Origin: Mobula hypostoma
Taxonomy: Eukaryota
NCBI RefSeq assembly: GCF_963921235.1
Contig: NC_086097.1
Location: 218,552,001-218,616,000 of the forward strand
Direction: 5' to 3'
Length of the DNA stretch: 64,000 bases
Both the position numbers and the translations under genes were made by a program. The notes beneath the pieces were generated by a model. That model had not been told where the DNA came from and did not search any database. It saw nothing but the letters and a program-made list of their open reading frames with translations. Positions 50,977 through 64,000 of the stretch are shown one piece after another. Numbering within the stretch: position 1 is the first letter of the stretch; every line of letters starts with the position of its first letter.

Positions 50977-52710
50977 TATGTCATACATAATTCAAGCATT
51001 TATCGAGCTTGTGCCCTGAACTTTGGAATGCACCCCCATTGGGTGAATCTGCCGATCATCTTTTACACTCCAATGTGCCCTAGGGAGTGTTTCTGCCATG
51101 CCAGATAAGGGAGTATTGTAGTTGGAGCTATTAGCTTATGACTAGTGCCGTATCTCCAAACTCCATCACTGTTTAACTTCCCACTACTCTCCTTCCAGAA
51201 CCATATTTCCTGGTTAGAGCATTGAGATTGAACCTCTCAAATATCTTGTATGTCTGTCTATGATACAGAGTTCAACTTCATTTCCATAATTCCAGTTGTC
51301 AGATTCACTGCACATGTTCTTGGTACTTTTATTTTCTTTAATTCTTTCCATGATGCCCTTTTTGCAATTTTATTAGCCAATGCATTCTTATGACTTTCCA
51401 TTGTAGTCATTTTGAAGTGGTTTTTACATTGTGATAGAACAACTTCTGACAGTTGTTGTGTGACGTCATAAGTATTTGTACCAGTTGGACATTCTTGATT
51501 GGGGTTCGTACAGCTGTAAGAAATCCTCTTTGTCTCCATAAGTTCCCAGACTCATTAACAACTCCAAAAGCATATCGAGAATCGGTGTAGATATTAGCTG
51601 ATCTTCCTTATGCCAACTTGCACGCTTCAGTCAAAGCTTTTAGTTCTGCCTCTTGCACAGAGGTACCAGGAGCCATGCATCCTGCTGTCAGCACATCAGT
51701 TCCAGAAACAATGACTCATCCAGCCATTCAAATTCCTCTCTCAATTGTTGAGGAGCCATTAGTATACAGAATCAGATCTGGGTTTGATAAAGCCATTTCT
51801 TTGTAATAATTTGCATCTTTAAGGCATGCTATTATTCTTGCACAGTTGTGGTCATCATAGTCTTCAGTGTCCAATGGTAGCAGTGTTGCTGGGTTCCCTG
51901 GACTCACTTGTTGTTTGATGGTATCAGATGCCTCAAGAACAGTAGATCTCTTGGACCTCTGAGCAGCTGTTACTTGAGAGGCCCTATTCATTGTCAGTAA
52001 CGTGTGTACTAAGTGTGAATGTTGAACATTTAAAATTTGATCAAACATGATGCTAGAAATAGCTATGACAGTCCGATAGGTTTCCTGCACTGCTCACGGA
52101 CACAGACCTCATCCTAATGCTACATTATCCAATTCAACAGAATAATAACCAACAGGATGCTGCAGGCCTCCATGTTTTGAGTTAAGACTGCCATCATGTA
52201 GCCATGTTTCTTGTTTACATATGGGGTAAATAGTTTACCTGTATCGGAGATTCCTAATACAGGTGCAGTACACAATGTCACTTTCAAAGTTTGGAAAGCT
52301 TCCAGTTGTTCTTCATAATGAGCCCATAGGATTATATGACCACTTACTGCCCTTCAGCAGGTTGTTGAGTGGTTGAGCATTTTCAGCACATGAATTGACA
52401 ACTTCCCTGCTTAATGGATTGCAACCGATGGATTGTGCAACCAGAGTTTTACAAGATACTGAATGTAATGCCAGGCATTTAAATTTTAATGGATTGTCCT
52501 TCAACCAAATTAGAATGCTGTTCAACCAAAATTTATTTGCAAATGTTATTTTAACAGATCTGTTTTTTTAAATAGCAATGAATGAGTGTCCTTACTCCTA
52601 ATTTCCAAGCAATGATGTATTGGAACAGAGGAAGTTCTTACTGTTTTTGTTGCACGCTGAAAATATTCAACTTTGCCTGGATTGTTCCAAGTCCATAAAT
52701 CTATTCAATC

Positions 52711-52728
52711 ATCCTGTTTACTATGCCA
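52711..52728 (-). promoter_or_regulatory. ERV primer-binding site, tRNA-Ser type
   Basis: - strand TGGCATAGTAAACAGGAT, 2 nt from the LTR end, versus the recalled tRNA-Ser complement TGGCGTAGTCGGCAGGAT (14/18). Confidence 0.75.
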
Positions 52729-52730
52729 AT

Positions 52731-53327
52731 TGTTGGATTTTGATGCTTTTTGTCCAAGGTTTTTTCATAAGTCTGCAAAGAGGCGCAGGACCTGTTGCTT
52801 TACGATCATTTTATTTACCATTATTAGAACAAAGAAAGTCTAAAATGGACAGTAACAGGAACAGAGGCTAGTAGCAAAAGAAAACAGATGGTGCCCAATG
52901 TAGAACAGCTTTTTTTATAAATAGATAAGAAATATTCCATACAAATTTACATATATGAATCAGCCATTCAGAAAGCCCTTATTTAAATAATGCCGCACCA
53001 GGAAAAGCTTCCAGTGCTTTTCAGAATTATACAAATGTAATCACTAGGGGGGGCACACTGAACAATCGCATATACATACTGTGACCACTAGGAAGCACAT
53101 CTTGTTGGTCTTTTTTTTAATGGGTTCTTTTGTGTTTCTTGTTTTATGGCTGCCTGTAAGGAGATGAACCTCAAGGTTGTATGATGTATACATGCTATGA
53201 AAATAACTGTACTTTGAACTTTGAAGCAGAGTTACTTGTACATAAGTAATTATATTGTATAAAATATAAGCAGAAAATTAATTGTTCAACTGCAAAGAAA
53301 ATAACAATTAGACAGTGGGATCCAACT
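52731..53327 (-). repeat. ERV 5' LTR (contains a ~125-nt retroposon tail at ~53100-53225)
   Basis: TGTTGGAT...GATCCAAC(T); colinear with 47349-47798. Confidence 0.82.
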
Positions 53328-54061
53328 GAACTTTTTCCATTGTGTACAGGCAATGTGTACAGTTTCTTTGCATGCAGTTCTTAAACTTTAAATATTCCTC
53401 ATTTCTGCTTTTGGCTGTAACTGCAAAATTAAGTAATATAAAATCAAATATTTTATTATAAATATTAATTTATTAATATAAAATATAATGTAGCTGTAAT
53501 TAAACCTCCTTTGCTTCAAGATATTTAGGATGCCTAGTTCTCCCTAGGGACAGAAATAATTTTGCCTGCTTAAGTTTGAAATTGTCATTAGGTCACAGGT
53601 GTATTTGTAAATATATCTATTGTGTGATTTTTCAAACTTGGTTCCCATAGTTCCATGCACCTCAATTAAAGGTTTTGTGTAATTATGACTAGCATGTACA
53701 TAACTACTGATACAGCATGCAGAAGCAACTTGCATATTATTTATCACAGTTTGAATGTTAAATAGGTTCATTTAAATGCAAGAATCCTCTTTAGAATTCA
53801 AGTACTATCACTGTGTAACTGTGATTTACAATTATAAATCATAAACAAAATTAATTGGTAAATAGCTCTGTATTAGAAATTGAAATGTTAGAAACATCTC
53901 AGTGATTTATGCACACTGAATTACTATTAAGTTATATTTTAGTGAATTAATAAATGACATGCATATTGAATTAATTATTATTGTTCAACTGTGCAGTTTT
54001 AAACAATATTCTTGTCATCTCTGTGGGTGCTCATTTTTGACTAATACACTTTGATATTCAG

Positions 54062-54165
54062 TAACAGATAAACACCAGTTTAAACCTGATCATATGCTGT
54101 ACAGATTTCGATATGATGATGGAACATACCATCCAAGATGTGAAATTCAAGATGTTATTTCGAAG
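54062..54165 (+). CDS. PREX2: PREX2 coding exon (~exon 12), end of DEP1
   Basis: attcag|TAACA...TCGAAG|gtacag, 104 nt, with branch-point-like TGACTAAT ~20 nt upstream. [35 protein letters not shown]. Confidence 0.95.
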
Positions 54166-54420
54166 GTACAGACCTCATGAAGATCAATTGCTACATATTA
54201 ATACTTTATGCAGTTGAAAATCTAAAGGAATGAAAGACTGTATAGAATTTATGCATGTACTTTTTAAGCACGTTTTCAAATAGCCATTTTAATAGTTTCT
54301 GTGCCCTAACTGCACCATTTTTCATTGATTGACAACATGTAAAGAAATAAGAAATAGAAACAGGAGAAACAGGACCATATGCCTGTTTTACCTTTCAGTA
54401 AGGTAATTATTGATGTTTCC

Positions 54421-57400
54421 ATAAAACCGTAAGACCATTAGACATAGGACCAGAATTTTATTGGCCATTTGGCCTATCGAGTATGCTCTGCTATTCGATC
54501 ATGCCTGATCCTTTTTCCCTTCCTTTTTAGCTCAACTCTGCTGCTTTCTCCCCATAACCTTTGATTCTGTGGCCAATCAAGAACTTATCAATCTCTGCTT
54601 TAAATACACCCAATGACCTGGCCTCCGCAGCTGTCTGTGGTAACAAATTCCACAAATTCACCACACTCTGGCTAAAGAAATTTCTCTGCAGCTCTGTTTT
54701 AAATGGACACCTGTCTATCTTGAGGCTGTGTCCTCTTGTCTTAGACTCTCCCACCATGTGAAATATCCTTTCCACATCTACTCTGTCTAGGCTTTTTGAC
54801 ATGTGAAAGGTTTCAATTAGATTCCCTCCTCATCCTTCTATATTCCACTGATTGCAGGCCCAGAGCCATCAAACGTTCCTCATAAGATAACCTTTTCATT
54901 CCCGGAATCATCCTTGTGAACCTCCTCTGGACCCTCTCCAATGTCAGCACATCTTTTCTTAGATGAGAAGCCCAAAACTGTTCACTATACTCAAGGTTAG
55001 GCCTCATCAATGCCTTATAAAGCCTCAGCATCACATACCTGCTGTTATATTCTAGACCTCTTGAAATGAATGCTAACATGGCATTTGCCTTCCTCACCAC
55101 CAACTCATCATGCAAATTAACATTAACGGTGTTCTGCAATGGGACTCCCAAGTCCCTTTACATCTCAGATTTTTGGATTTTCTCCCTGTTTAGAAAATAG
55201 TCTGCACATTTATTTCCACTACCAAAGTGCATGACCATGCATTTTCCAACATTGTATTTCATTTGCCACTTTCTTGCCCATCCTCCTAATCGGTCTAATT
55301 ACTTCTGCAGCCTTCCTGCTTCCTCAACACTGCCTGCTCCTCTACAATCTTCAAACTTGGCAACAAGGCCATCTATTTCATCATCTAAATCATTTATATA
55401 CAGCATAAAAAGAAATGGTCTCAACACCGACTCCTGTGGAACACCACTAGTCACTGACAGCCAACCAGAAAAGGATCCTTTTATTCCCACTCACTGCCTC
55501 CTACCAATCAGCCAATGCTCTAACCATGTTAGTAACCTTGCTGTAATACCTTGGGCCCTTAACTTGGTAAGCGGCCTCGTGTGTGGCACCTTATCAAAGG
55601 CCTTCTGAAAATCCAAATATACAACATCCACCTCATCCCCTTTATCCCCTTTATCTATCTCCTCAAAGAATTCCAACAGGTTCATCAGGCAGGATCTTCC
55701 CTTGAGGAAGCCATGCTGACTTTGTACTATCCTGTCTTGTGTCACTAAGTACTCCATAACCTTATGCTTAACAATTGACTCCAACATCTTCCCAACCACT
55801 GAGGTTAGGCTAACTGATCTATGATTTCGTTTCTGCTGTCTTCCTCCATTCTTAAAGAGTAGAGAGACATTTTCAATTTTCCAGTCCTCTGGCACCATGC
55901 CAGAGCCCAATGATTTTAGAAAGATTATTACTAATGCCTCCACAATGTCTACCACTACCTCTTTCAGAACCCCAGGGTGCAGCTCACTGGTCTGGGTGAC
56001 TTATGCACCTTTAGGTTTTTCAGCTTTTTGAGCACCTTCTCCCTTGTATTAGTAACTGTACTCACTTCGTTTCCCTTGCACCCTTCAACACCAGGCACAC
56101 TGCTAGTGAATTCCACAGTGATGACTGATGCAAAATACCTATTCAGTTCATCTGCCAACTCCTTGATCCCCGTTATTATTTCTCTGGCCTCATTTTCTAG
56201 CATTCTTTTTCAATCCAGCTCGATATTGTTTGCTAGTTTGCTTTCATGTTTCAATTTTTCCCTCCTAATGTTTCTTTTATTTGCATTCTGTAGTTTTTTA
56301 AAAGCATCCCAATCCCCTTTCTTCCCACTAAATTTTGCTTTGTTTTGTGTCCTATCCTTTGCTTTTACTTCTCTTGTGAGCCATGGTTGTACTATTTTGC
56401 CATTTGAGAATTTCTTTGTTTATGGAGTACATTTATTCTGCACCTTCTCATTTTCCCCAGAAACTTGAGCCATTGTCGTTCGACTGTCATCCCTGGTGCC
56501 ATCTCCTTCCAATTTACTCTTTCTTTCTTTTTCAATCTTTTTATTAGTTTCATAAAGATATAAACATAACATGGTAGTAGTACAAAGTTATTGGGAATAC
56601 ATTATTATAATTAATATGAGCAATTATAAAGCCAAATAATACTTAAATGATAAAACTCCCAATCATATAGGATACAATTTACTTTGGCCAACTCTCTCAT
56701 ACCACTGTAATTTTCTTTATTCCATTGAAATACTGCTACATCAGGCTTTTCTTTCTCCCCATCAAATTTCAAGATGAACTTAAACACATTGTGATCACTG
56801 CCTCCTAAGGGGTCTTTTACCTTAAATTCCCTAATCACCTCCGGTTCATTACATAACACCCAATCCAGTATAGCTGATCCCCTAGTAGGCTCAATGACAA
56901 TGCTGTCTTGTAGGTATTCAACAAATTCACTCTCTTGAGATCCATTACCAACCTGATTTGATTTTCCCAATCTACCTGCATGTTAAAGTCTCCCATGACT
57001 ATCATAATGTTGCACTTTTGACCCACCTTTTCTATTTCCCATTGTATTCTGTAGTCCACATCTCAGCTGCTGTTTGGAGGCCTGTATATAACGGCCATCA
57101 GGTCCTTTAACCCTTGCAGTGTCCTGTGGATCCTTCAACCCACAAGGATTCAACATCTTCCAATCCTATGTCACAACTTTCTAATAATTTGATGCTATTC
57201 TTTACCAGTAGAGCCACACCCCCGGCCCCCACCAAACCTCTGACCACCTTCCTATCCGTCCGATACAATGTATAACCTTGAACGTTCAGCTCCCAAGTAC
57301 AACTATCCAGCCATGATTCAGTGATGGCCACAACATCACACCTGACAATCTGTAAAAGGGCAACAAGATCGTCCACCTTATTTCTTATACTCAGTGCATT

Positions 57401-57460
57401 GAGATGTAACACTTTGAGTACTGTATTTGCTACCCTTTTTGATTCTGCAACCCTATTGCA
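54421..57460 (-). mobile_element. Decayed CR1 LINE ORF2 (EN + RT)
   Basis: LHLNALSIRNK, AITESW, MGDFN, GGSDHN, SQHGF, YLDFQKAFDKVPH; tail gtctaatggtcttacggtttt. Confidence 0.9.
56519..56674 (-). mobile_element. Short poly(A)-type (L1-like) 3' end inserted in a CR1, 9-bp TSD
   Basis: CAATTTACT at 56510-56518 and 56675-56683; - strand ends AATAAAAAGATTGAAAAAGAAAGAAAAG. Confidence 0.75.
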
Positions 57461-57469
57461 GTGATATAT

Positions 57470-57488
57470 GTGTATCTATCTATCTATC

Positions 57489-57522
<34 letters not shown>
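57470..57522. repeat. Compound (TATC)n(TG)n microsatellite
   Basis: tatctatctatctatcta tatgtgtgtg... Confidence 0.9.
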
Positions 57523-57525
<3 letters not shown>

Positions 57526-58620
57526 CACGTTTCAGGTCAATGTCCTTTCATCAGAAATAGGAAAGTGAGAAAGTGCCTTATGTGTCAGTGGAGTGGGGCA
57601 GTAGAGAGAAGAAGGGGGGAAGTCTATCTATGATAGGGTGAAGACCAAGGTTGGTCTAGTGGCACAATGTTTTCAGTACCCTCTAGTCAATTATTGCTTG
57701 ATCTTTCTGAGGGAATATAAACCAGAGGGATAGATGAGGACAGTGAGAAAGAAAAAAACAACCAACCTACTACAGCTGTGAGATGCAGAAATGCAAATAT
57801 GAAATCTGAGAGAAATTGGAAGGACTCAGTGTTCCATTCTCACTCTGATTTCCAGGTGGTCCCAAAGCTGGGAGTCCATTGTATGGTACCTTATTTTCCA
57901 GCAATGATATTTTCACAAAAAGTACATTCAGGGAAACCCAGTTATATGATCTAATTTCTTTCTTAAATTTTATCTTTAAGAATAAAGATATTGCAGAATT
58001 AATAAACTGTGTGAGATGCATAAGTATATAGGGTAGAGGAGTAGGGATAACCTTCACAATCCTCAGACTTGATCCTCTATTTTAGTAGAATGTGCCAATC
58101 CTATACTTCACTTCCTGACTGCCATAGCATTGTATACAGTCAAGATCGAAAGCACTTTTTAGTTGACAGCTTGCAAGTAAATGAAACACTGATGGTAGAG
58201 GTGATGTATGGAAGCAGGAATTTGGCGTGATAGAGTTGGACTTGTAAAGAGGTGGAGAAGAGGGAGAATGGAATGAGAGGAGGGGGAAATCTTGTTGAGG
58301 AAAAGCTAGATAGAAGGGAGCAAGGCAACCTATTGAGAGTTGTGGAAAAGCAGGTTTGAAAGGAGATAAGGGAAAGGGAGGATGGGGGAGATGTAATTGC
58401 TACAACAAATTATGTAAGCATGTTGGTGTGAAATAAAGTAGCAAGACATCATTGAATAGAAAAGTAATCAAGGCATTAGTTCAGAACGGCACAACAATGT
58501 AGCCCGTGAAATTAGAAAAGAATAAACAGAAATAAAGTAGTAAATATTATTCTATTACTATGTTCCTACATTGCGTTATTTTACTGCTGGCAGAAAAATC
58601 ATATTATCTTTTGTTGACAG

Positions 58621-58670
58621 GGTGTGAGACTTTACTACCGACTTCATAGTCTATTTACTCCTGTGATTAA
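58621..58670 (+). CDS. PREX2: PREX2 coding exon (~exon 13)
   Basis: ttgacag|GGTGTG...GATTAA|gtaagt, 50 nt. GVRLYYRLHSLFTPVI(K). Confidence 0.93.
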
Positions 58671-59633
58671 GTAAGTAAAATAAAATATTGTTTCAATATA
58701 TAGTGACAGTTTGAACAGATTTCTGAGTATCCCTGCAGTATGCAGAGAACTATAATAGAAAATATACTGGTTTGCTCTTAACTTTAGTGTCTCTAGGATG
58801 TTTTCAGTTTTCAAATCTTTTTGTGTGATGAGTTTCATGAAAAGGATATTGCAGGTTAGCTATCTAATCCAAAACTTAGTAAACTCTAGCATGCACACAT
58901 AACTACCGTCCTAGAATCCTTTGAACCTCAGGGGTTATTTCTGCAAATGAACAATATGGATGCAAAGTTTGGCTTACTTTTGCCAACATTTCTAAAGTGT
59001 TATTTGGCTTACCCTGATTTCAGGCCACTTAGTCCAATAGTTAATCACTAGTGGATCCCACCTCTAAGCCAAACTCTGCACAGTATGGGTATTTGTTCTG
59101 GTTCATGTAACTAAAACTAAGGAATCATGCTTCTTCAGATTCTCTTCAAGGTGCTTGTGGTTTTTGGCTGATTGAATGATCCATTTTCCCCAGCCTATGT
59201 TGGAATATCTATCCATCAACTTGGTTTGATTAACATGGGAATAACATTTTAAGGGAGATTAATTCTTAGAAAATAGATAGTAGATGTAAGGTAGCTTGAA
59301 TTTAATTGAGATAATTTCATTAGATTTTCTTCTTAAAGTATTTGCAGAAGCTTCAGTTGTAAATTTTAAAACACTTTAACAGCATGTTTAACTTTAAATA
59401 GTTTCACTAATGATCTCTGGAAATTTTGTTATCGAGAACCTCCTGTGGTGACGCACACTGTTTTGATTCATGATCAGGTAAAACTTGATGCAGGTCAGAG
59501 CAGACTTATTGGGTAAGCAACCAGGAAGAATACAAAGATTAGATCAATGGAAGTGTTAATGTTACATTCCCTTCACTCCTCTTTAAACTGTATACTGCAC
59601 ATGGAGCTAATGAATTCAGAGTGAGTGTTAAGG

Positions 59634-61875
59634 ATAAGATCATAAGATATAGGAGCAGAATTAGACCATATGGCCAATCGGGTCTGTAAAACCATTCCAT
59701 CATGGCTGATTTATTTTCCCACTCAACCCCATTTTCCTCCCTCTCTCCATTAGCATTAACACCATGACGAGTCAAGAACTATCAACCTCTGCTTTAAGTA
59801 TACTCAATGACTTGGTCTCCACAGCTATCTGTGGCAATGAATTCCACAGATTCACCACCCTCTGGCTGAAGAGATTTCTCCTCATCTCCATTCTAAATGG
59901 ACACCCCTCTATTCTGAGGCTATGCACTCCGGTCCTAGACTCAACCATTATTGGAAACATCCTCTCCACATCTACTCTGTATAGGCCTTTTAATATTCGA
60001 TAGGTTTCAATGAAATCCTCCATCATTCATCTAACTCCGGCGAATACAGGCCCAGAGCCACCAAATGCTCCTCATATGTTAACCCTTTCATTCTTGGAAT
60101 CGGTCTTGTGAACATCCTCTGGACCCTCTCCAATTGCAGTATATCTTTTCTTAGATAAAGGGCCCAAAACTGCGTAGAATACTCCAAGTGCATTTTGACC
60201 AATGGCTTATAAAGCCTCAGCATTAATTACATCTATGCTCTTATATTCTAGTCCTCTAGAAATGAATGCTAACATTGCATCTGCCTTCCTTACGGAATGT
60301 TAATTTGTAAGGGATGCTGAACAAGGGCTCCAAAGTCCCTTTGCATTTCTGATTTTTGAATTTTCTTCCCACTTAGAAAGAGTTATTCTTACTACCAAAG
60401 TGCATGGCCATATACTTCCCTACACTATATTCCATCTGCCACTTCTTTGCCCATTCTCCCAACCTGTCCAAGGCCTTTTGTAGACTCCCTGCCTCCTTAA
60501 AACTACCTGTCCCTCCAACTATGTTCATATTGTTTCCAAACCTGGCCATAAAGCCATCAATTCTGTCGTCTAAATAATTGAAATATGAGAAGAAAAGAAG
60601 TGGTCCCAATACTGACCCCTGTGGAACACCACTATTCAGGTCTCTGCTGACCAGAATAGGCCCCCTTTAATCCCACTCTTTGCACTCTGCATTCATCCAA
60701 CCTTCTATCCATCTAATATCTTTCCTGTAATACCATGGGTTCTTATCTTGTTAAGCAGCCTCATGTGTGGCACCTAGTTAAAGGCCTTCTGAAAATTCAA
60801 GTAAACAAAATCCACTAACTCCCCTTTGTCCATCCTGTCTGTTATTTCCTCGAAGAATTCCAACAGATTTGTCAGACAAGAGTTCCTCTTAAGGAAACCA
60901 TGCTAACTTTGGTTTACTTTATAAAGTGCCTCCAAGAACACCAAAAGCTCATTCTAAATAATTGACTCCAACATCCTCCCAACCACTGAAGTCAGACTAA
61001 ATGGCCCATAATTTCCTTTTTTCTGCCACCCTTCCTTCTTAAAGATTCCAGTCCTCTGGAACCATTTCAGATTCTCGTGATTCTTGAAAGATTATTACAA
61101 GTGCCTTCACAATCTCTTCAGCTACCCCTTTCCGAACCCTGGTGTGTAGTCAATTTGGTCCAGGTGAGTTATCTACTTTCAAACCGTTCAGTTTCCCAAG
61201 CACCTTCTCCCTTGTAATTGCAACTACAAGCACGTCTCCCACCCAACACTCTCGAATTTCTGGCGTACTGCTAGTGTCTTCCACGGTGAAAATGGACACA
61301 AAATATTTATTAAGTTTGTCTGCCATGTTTGTGTCCCCCATTTCTACCCCTGCAGTGTCATTTTCCAGCCTTTCAATACCCACTCTTGCCTCTCTTTTAC
61401 TATTTATATATCTAAAAAAAACTATTGCTATCCTCTTTTATATTATTGGCTAGCCTACCTTCACATTTCATCTTTTCTCTCCTTATGGCTGTTTTAGTTG
61501 CCATCTGTTGGTTTTTAAAAGTTTCCTGATCCTTTAACCTCCTCCTAATTTTGCTACATTATATGTCCTCTCTTATGTTTTTATGCTGTGCTTGACTTCC
61601 TTTGTCAGCCAAGGTTACCTCATCCTCCCTTTAGAATACCTTTTCATCTTTGGATGTACCTATACTGCGCCTTCTGAATTACCCCCAGAAACTTCAGTCT
61701 GATACATCTACTGATTCACTGATACACTTCTAACTTCTTCTCAAACTGCAGGGTGAATTCTATCTTATTATGATCTCTGCCTCTTAACGGTTCCTTTTCC
61801 TTAAGTTCACTAATCAAGTCTGGGCCACTCAATCCAGAATGACCTTTCCCCTAGTGGGGTCAACAACAAGCTGCT
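59634..61875 (-). mobile_element. Decayed CR1 LINE
   Basis: LERVQRMFTR, WAKKWQMEY, MADKLNKYFVSIFTVED; tail atcttatgatcttat. Confidence 0.88.
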
Positions 61876-62361
61876 CCCTCCAAGATGATCCCCATGTGAA
61901 ACTGCAGTTAAATCAATGCAATGCTCGCTGAAGTATCCAAAAGCCCAAATTCTTGTATTTAAATAAAAAAAACCGGTCCTCACTGAAATTCTGAAATGTT
62001 TTGTAATTGTTCATTTCCTAATAATAGTTGCAATGCAAACGGATAAATAAAGGATAGTAGTCACATTAAAATATTTGCTTAAGCTGGGAAACAATTTTCA
62101 TAACTTGTTTTATCATCTATTTAAAAAAGATCTAGTGAGGAGTCAGGGTCAAACCCTGAATTAGTTCGCTGGATGGGAAGATATGCTCACCTGTGCTTTC
62201 AGCTGAAATTATTCCAAGGCAACCTGGGCAGATTCCACGCATGTAGGGAAAGTATTTGCTGTGCAAACAGATGTTTATCAGGTTTAAGCATAATGCTTAT
62301 GGCAATGACTGTGTTGAATTATGTACAGTGTACACTGTTAACTGAAGTGTTTTTTATTTAG

Positions 62362-62437
62362 GGATAAAGACTACCATCTAAGAACTTACAAGTCAGTGGT
62401 CATGGCAAACAAGCTGACAGACTGGCTAATTGCACAG
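62362..62437 (+). CDS. PREX2: PREX2 coding exon (~exon 14), DEP2 start
   Basis: tatttag|GGAT...GCACAG|gtaaag, 76 nt. [32 protein letters not shown] is P-Rex2-type. Confidence 0.95.
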
Positions 62438-64000
62438 GTAAAGAAAATCAGATATTTATTGTAGAATCTAAAATAAATAAGTCAGTTCCTCAAGAATTTG
62501 TTTCACTGATTAGAAATATATTGGGTGTATGGGATGGGACACTCAGATGGCCCTGAAGAATCAGCCAAGTGATGTTTTATGACATAAATTGAAATGGTGT
62601 GGTTTCCTTCAAAGCTGGAGCCGCATGCCTCATTGGTATAGCTTATTCCTGATTTAGTGATTTTACTTATAGATTCCAGTTTAGTAAGGAGGTGAACAGA
62701 AAATTAAAGTCAAGACAAAAGGGTTTGGAATCTGGAGGATAAGGATTAGCAGTAGCACACAGATGAAATGAAGAATATTCATAGCCCAGGGATATAAGTG
62801 AGTGAGGAAGGAAAGGAGAATGAAGCTCAGTCAAATGGATTGGCTGGAATTCGATAATGTTGCAGAGAACCAACAGAATTTGGGGTGCAAGATATCGATG
62901 AATTTAGAAGAAAGCATAAGCATGGTTGGGAAGTGAAATATATCTTAGTCAGAGCCACTTTTAGCAACAGGTAACTGTGCTTTCAATGTTGTTATACCAT
63001 TGTTAATATATTGGGATGATTGAGCTGATAGACACCACTGGTTAATTGCAATACATGTGTTAGACAGGATTGGATATCCATGAATGCACTCTGTAAATCA
63101 GAATTCTGGAGTATGTCTAACTTTCCCCCTGCCTTTCAACCCACTATTGAGCCCATGACATTGGGTGGCAATGGGAGTGTTTGTTTGTATATGCTTTTAA
63201 AATAACATTGTTAATTATGGTTATTTCTCATTATCATTAGGTTTTATGTGAGCTTAGATTTTACTTTTATTTATATTTTTTATTTTAAGAAATATTTTGA
63301 TATTATACAGTTTCTAAGTGTCTCCTTATGGGTAAAGTAGTAAAGAACTATGCTAGTGTGAGCTGTTAGAAATCCAACAGGATGGCCCATCAGTAAACCC
63401 GTTTATCTGCTGCCTACAGGCAATCTGCAACCTGTGGATTGGTCTGTTTTGTGAAGGTATAGTGATAATGACACTAGGAGAACATCAAGCGTTCCACTAC
63501 ATTTTGGGTCCAGAAAGATCTAGCCCAGCTATTTTCAAACATAAAAATGTAAATTTAAGATGTTAAATGTATTTTCTTCACAGACCTTTGGATTAAGTAT
63601 ACAAAGCAAACTGATTTATACAATCTCCTGCATACAACTGAAGCTGTTGTATCTGTGTAAATATTTTAAAGTTGTGGGCTTATTGTAGGCTCCTTAGGAA
63701 TTAATGGCATCTCAGAAGCTGATTTTGCAAGTAGGGAAAGGAAATCATGTATTTGGTGAATGTTAATAATTAATTTGTAAGATTGTTTAAAGATCATGTT
63801 TACCCTTCATTCTCCGTCCTGTAATTACTTCTGACTTGATTTCATTTTAGTTTACAAGTATTTGATTTTTGAGTATTCAGTGCTCAGTAACAATATTTAA
63901 GTCTATAGAAGTTCATCTCAAATCAAAGTGAAGAAGTTTCTAAAGAATGTGCTTTTTCACTTTTGTTTCTTTTTAAAAAAGTTTTACAATCGTTGCAGTT

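Larger units (their letters stand above)
47349..53327 (-). mobile_element. Internally deleted endogenous retrovirus (class I, gamma/epsilon-like pol)
   Basis: Two diverged LTRs, PBS and PPT. pol remnants: NPATLLP...NPDLILYTNGSS, EAELKALTEAC...NIYTDSRYAFG (RNase H), HSLGH and CMTY (IN zinc finger), WGLPCHIDSDQGTHFT, WEGSYQVLL...WIHASHSK (GPY/F). Confidence 0.88.

Noticed and set aside
57526..57558. Functional - strand hammerhead (CTGATGA...GAAACGTG)
   Set aside because: Position 17 is G and helix I is replaced by microsatellite; a relic only.

Overview
This is vertebrate genomic DNA, not prokaryotic. The repeat complement (CR1 subfamilies, Rex1/Babar, Penelope-like elements) suggests a cartilaginous fish, probably a ray; this is inference. 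The window lies inside one large + strand gene, PREX2 (P-Rex2 Rac-GEF). Eight GT-AG exons (21106-62437) splice into an uninterrupted 873-nt, 291-aa frame covering the PH domain, DEP1 and the start of DEP2, equivalent to human exons ~7-14 as I recall them. The introns are mostly transposon debris: many nested CR1 LINEs, Rex1/Babar fragments, Tc1 and Tigger DNA transposons, a tRNA-SINE, and an internally deleted class I-like endogenous retrovirus with both LTRs, a tRNA-Ser PBS and a PPT. The most interesting signal is a family of minimal hammerhead ribozymes carried by Penelope-like element tails. One copy (48951-48988) has a fully intact core in the sense orientation of the PREX2 pre-mRNA. A second sense copy with an intact cleavage site (46659-46696) lies on the other side of exon 11, so a dimeric ribozyme could form across that exon. 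Repeat boundaries are approximate unless a TSD or TIR is quoted. Family names and human comparisons are from memory, not from a database search.
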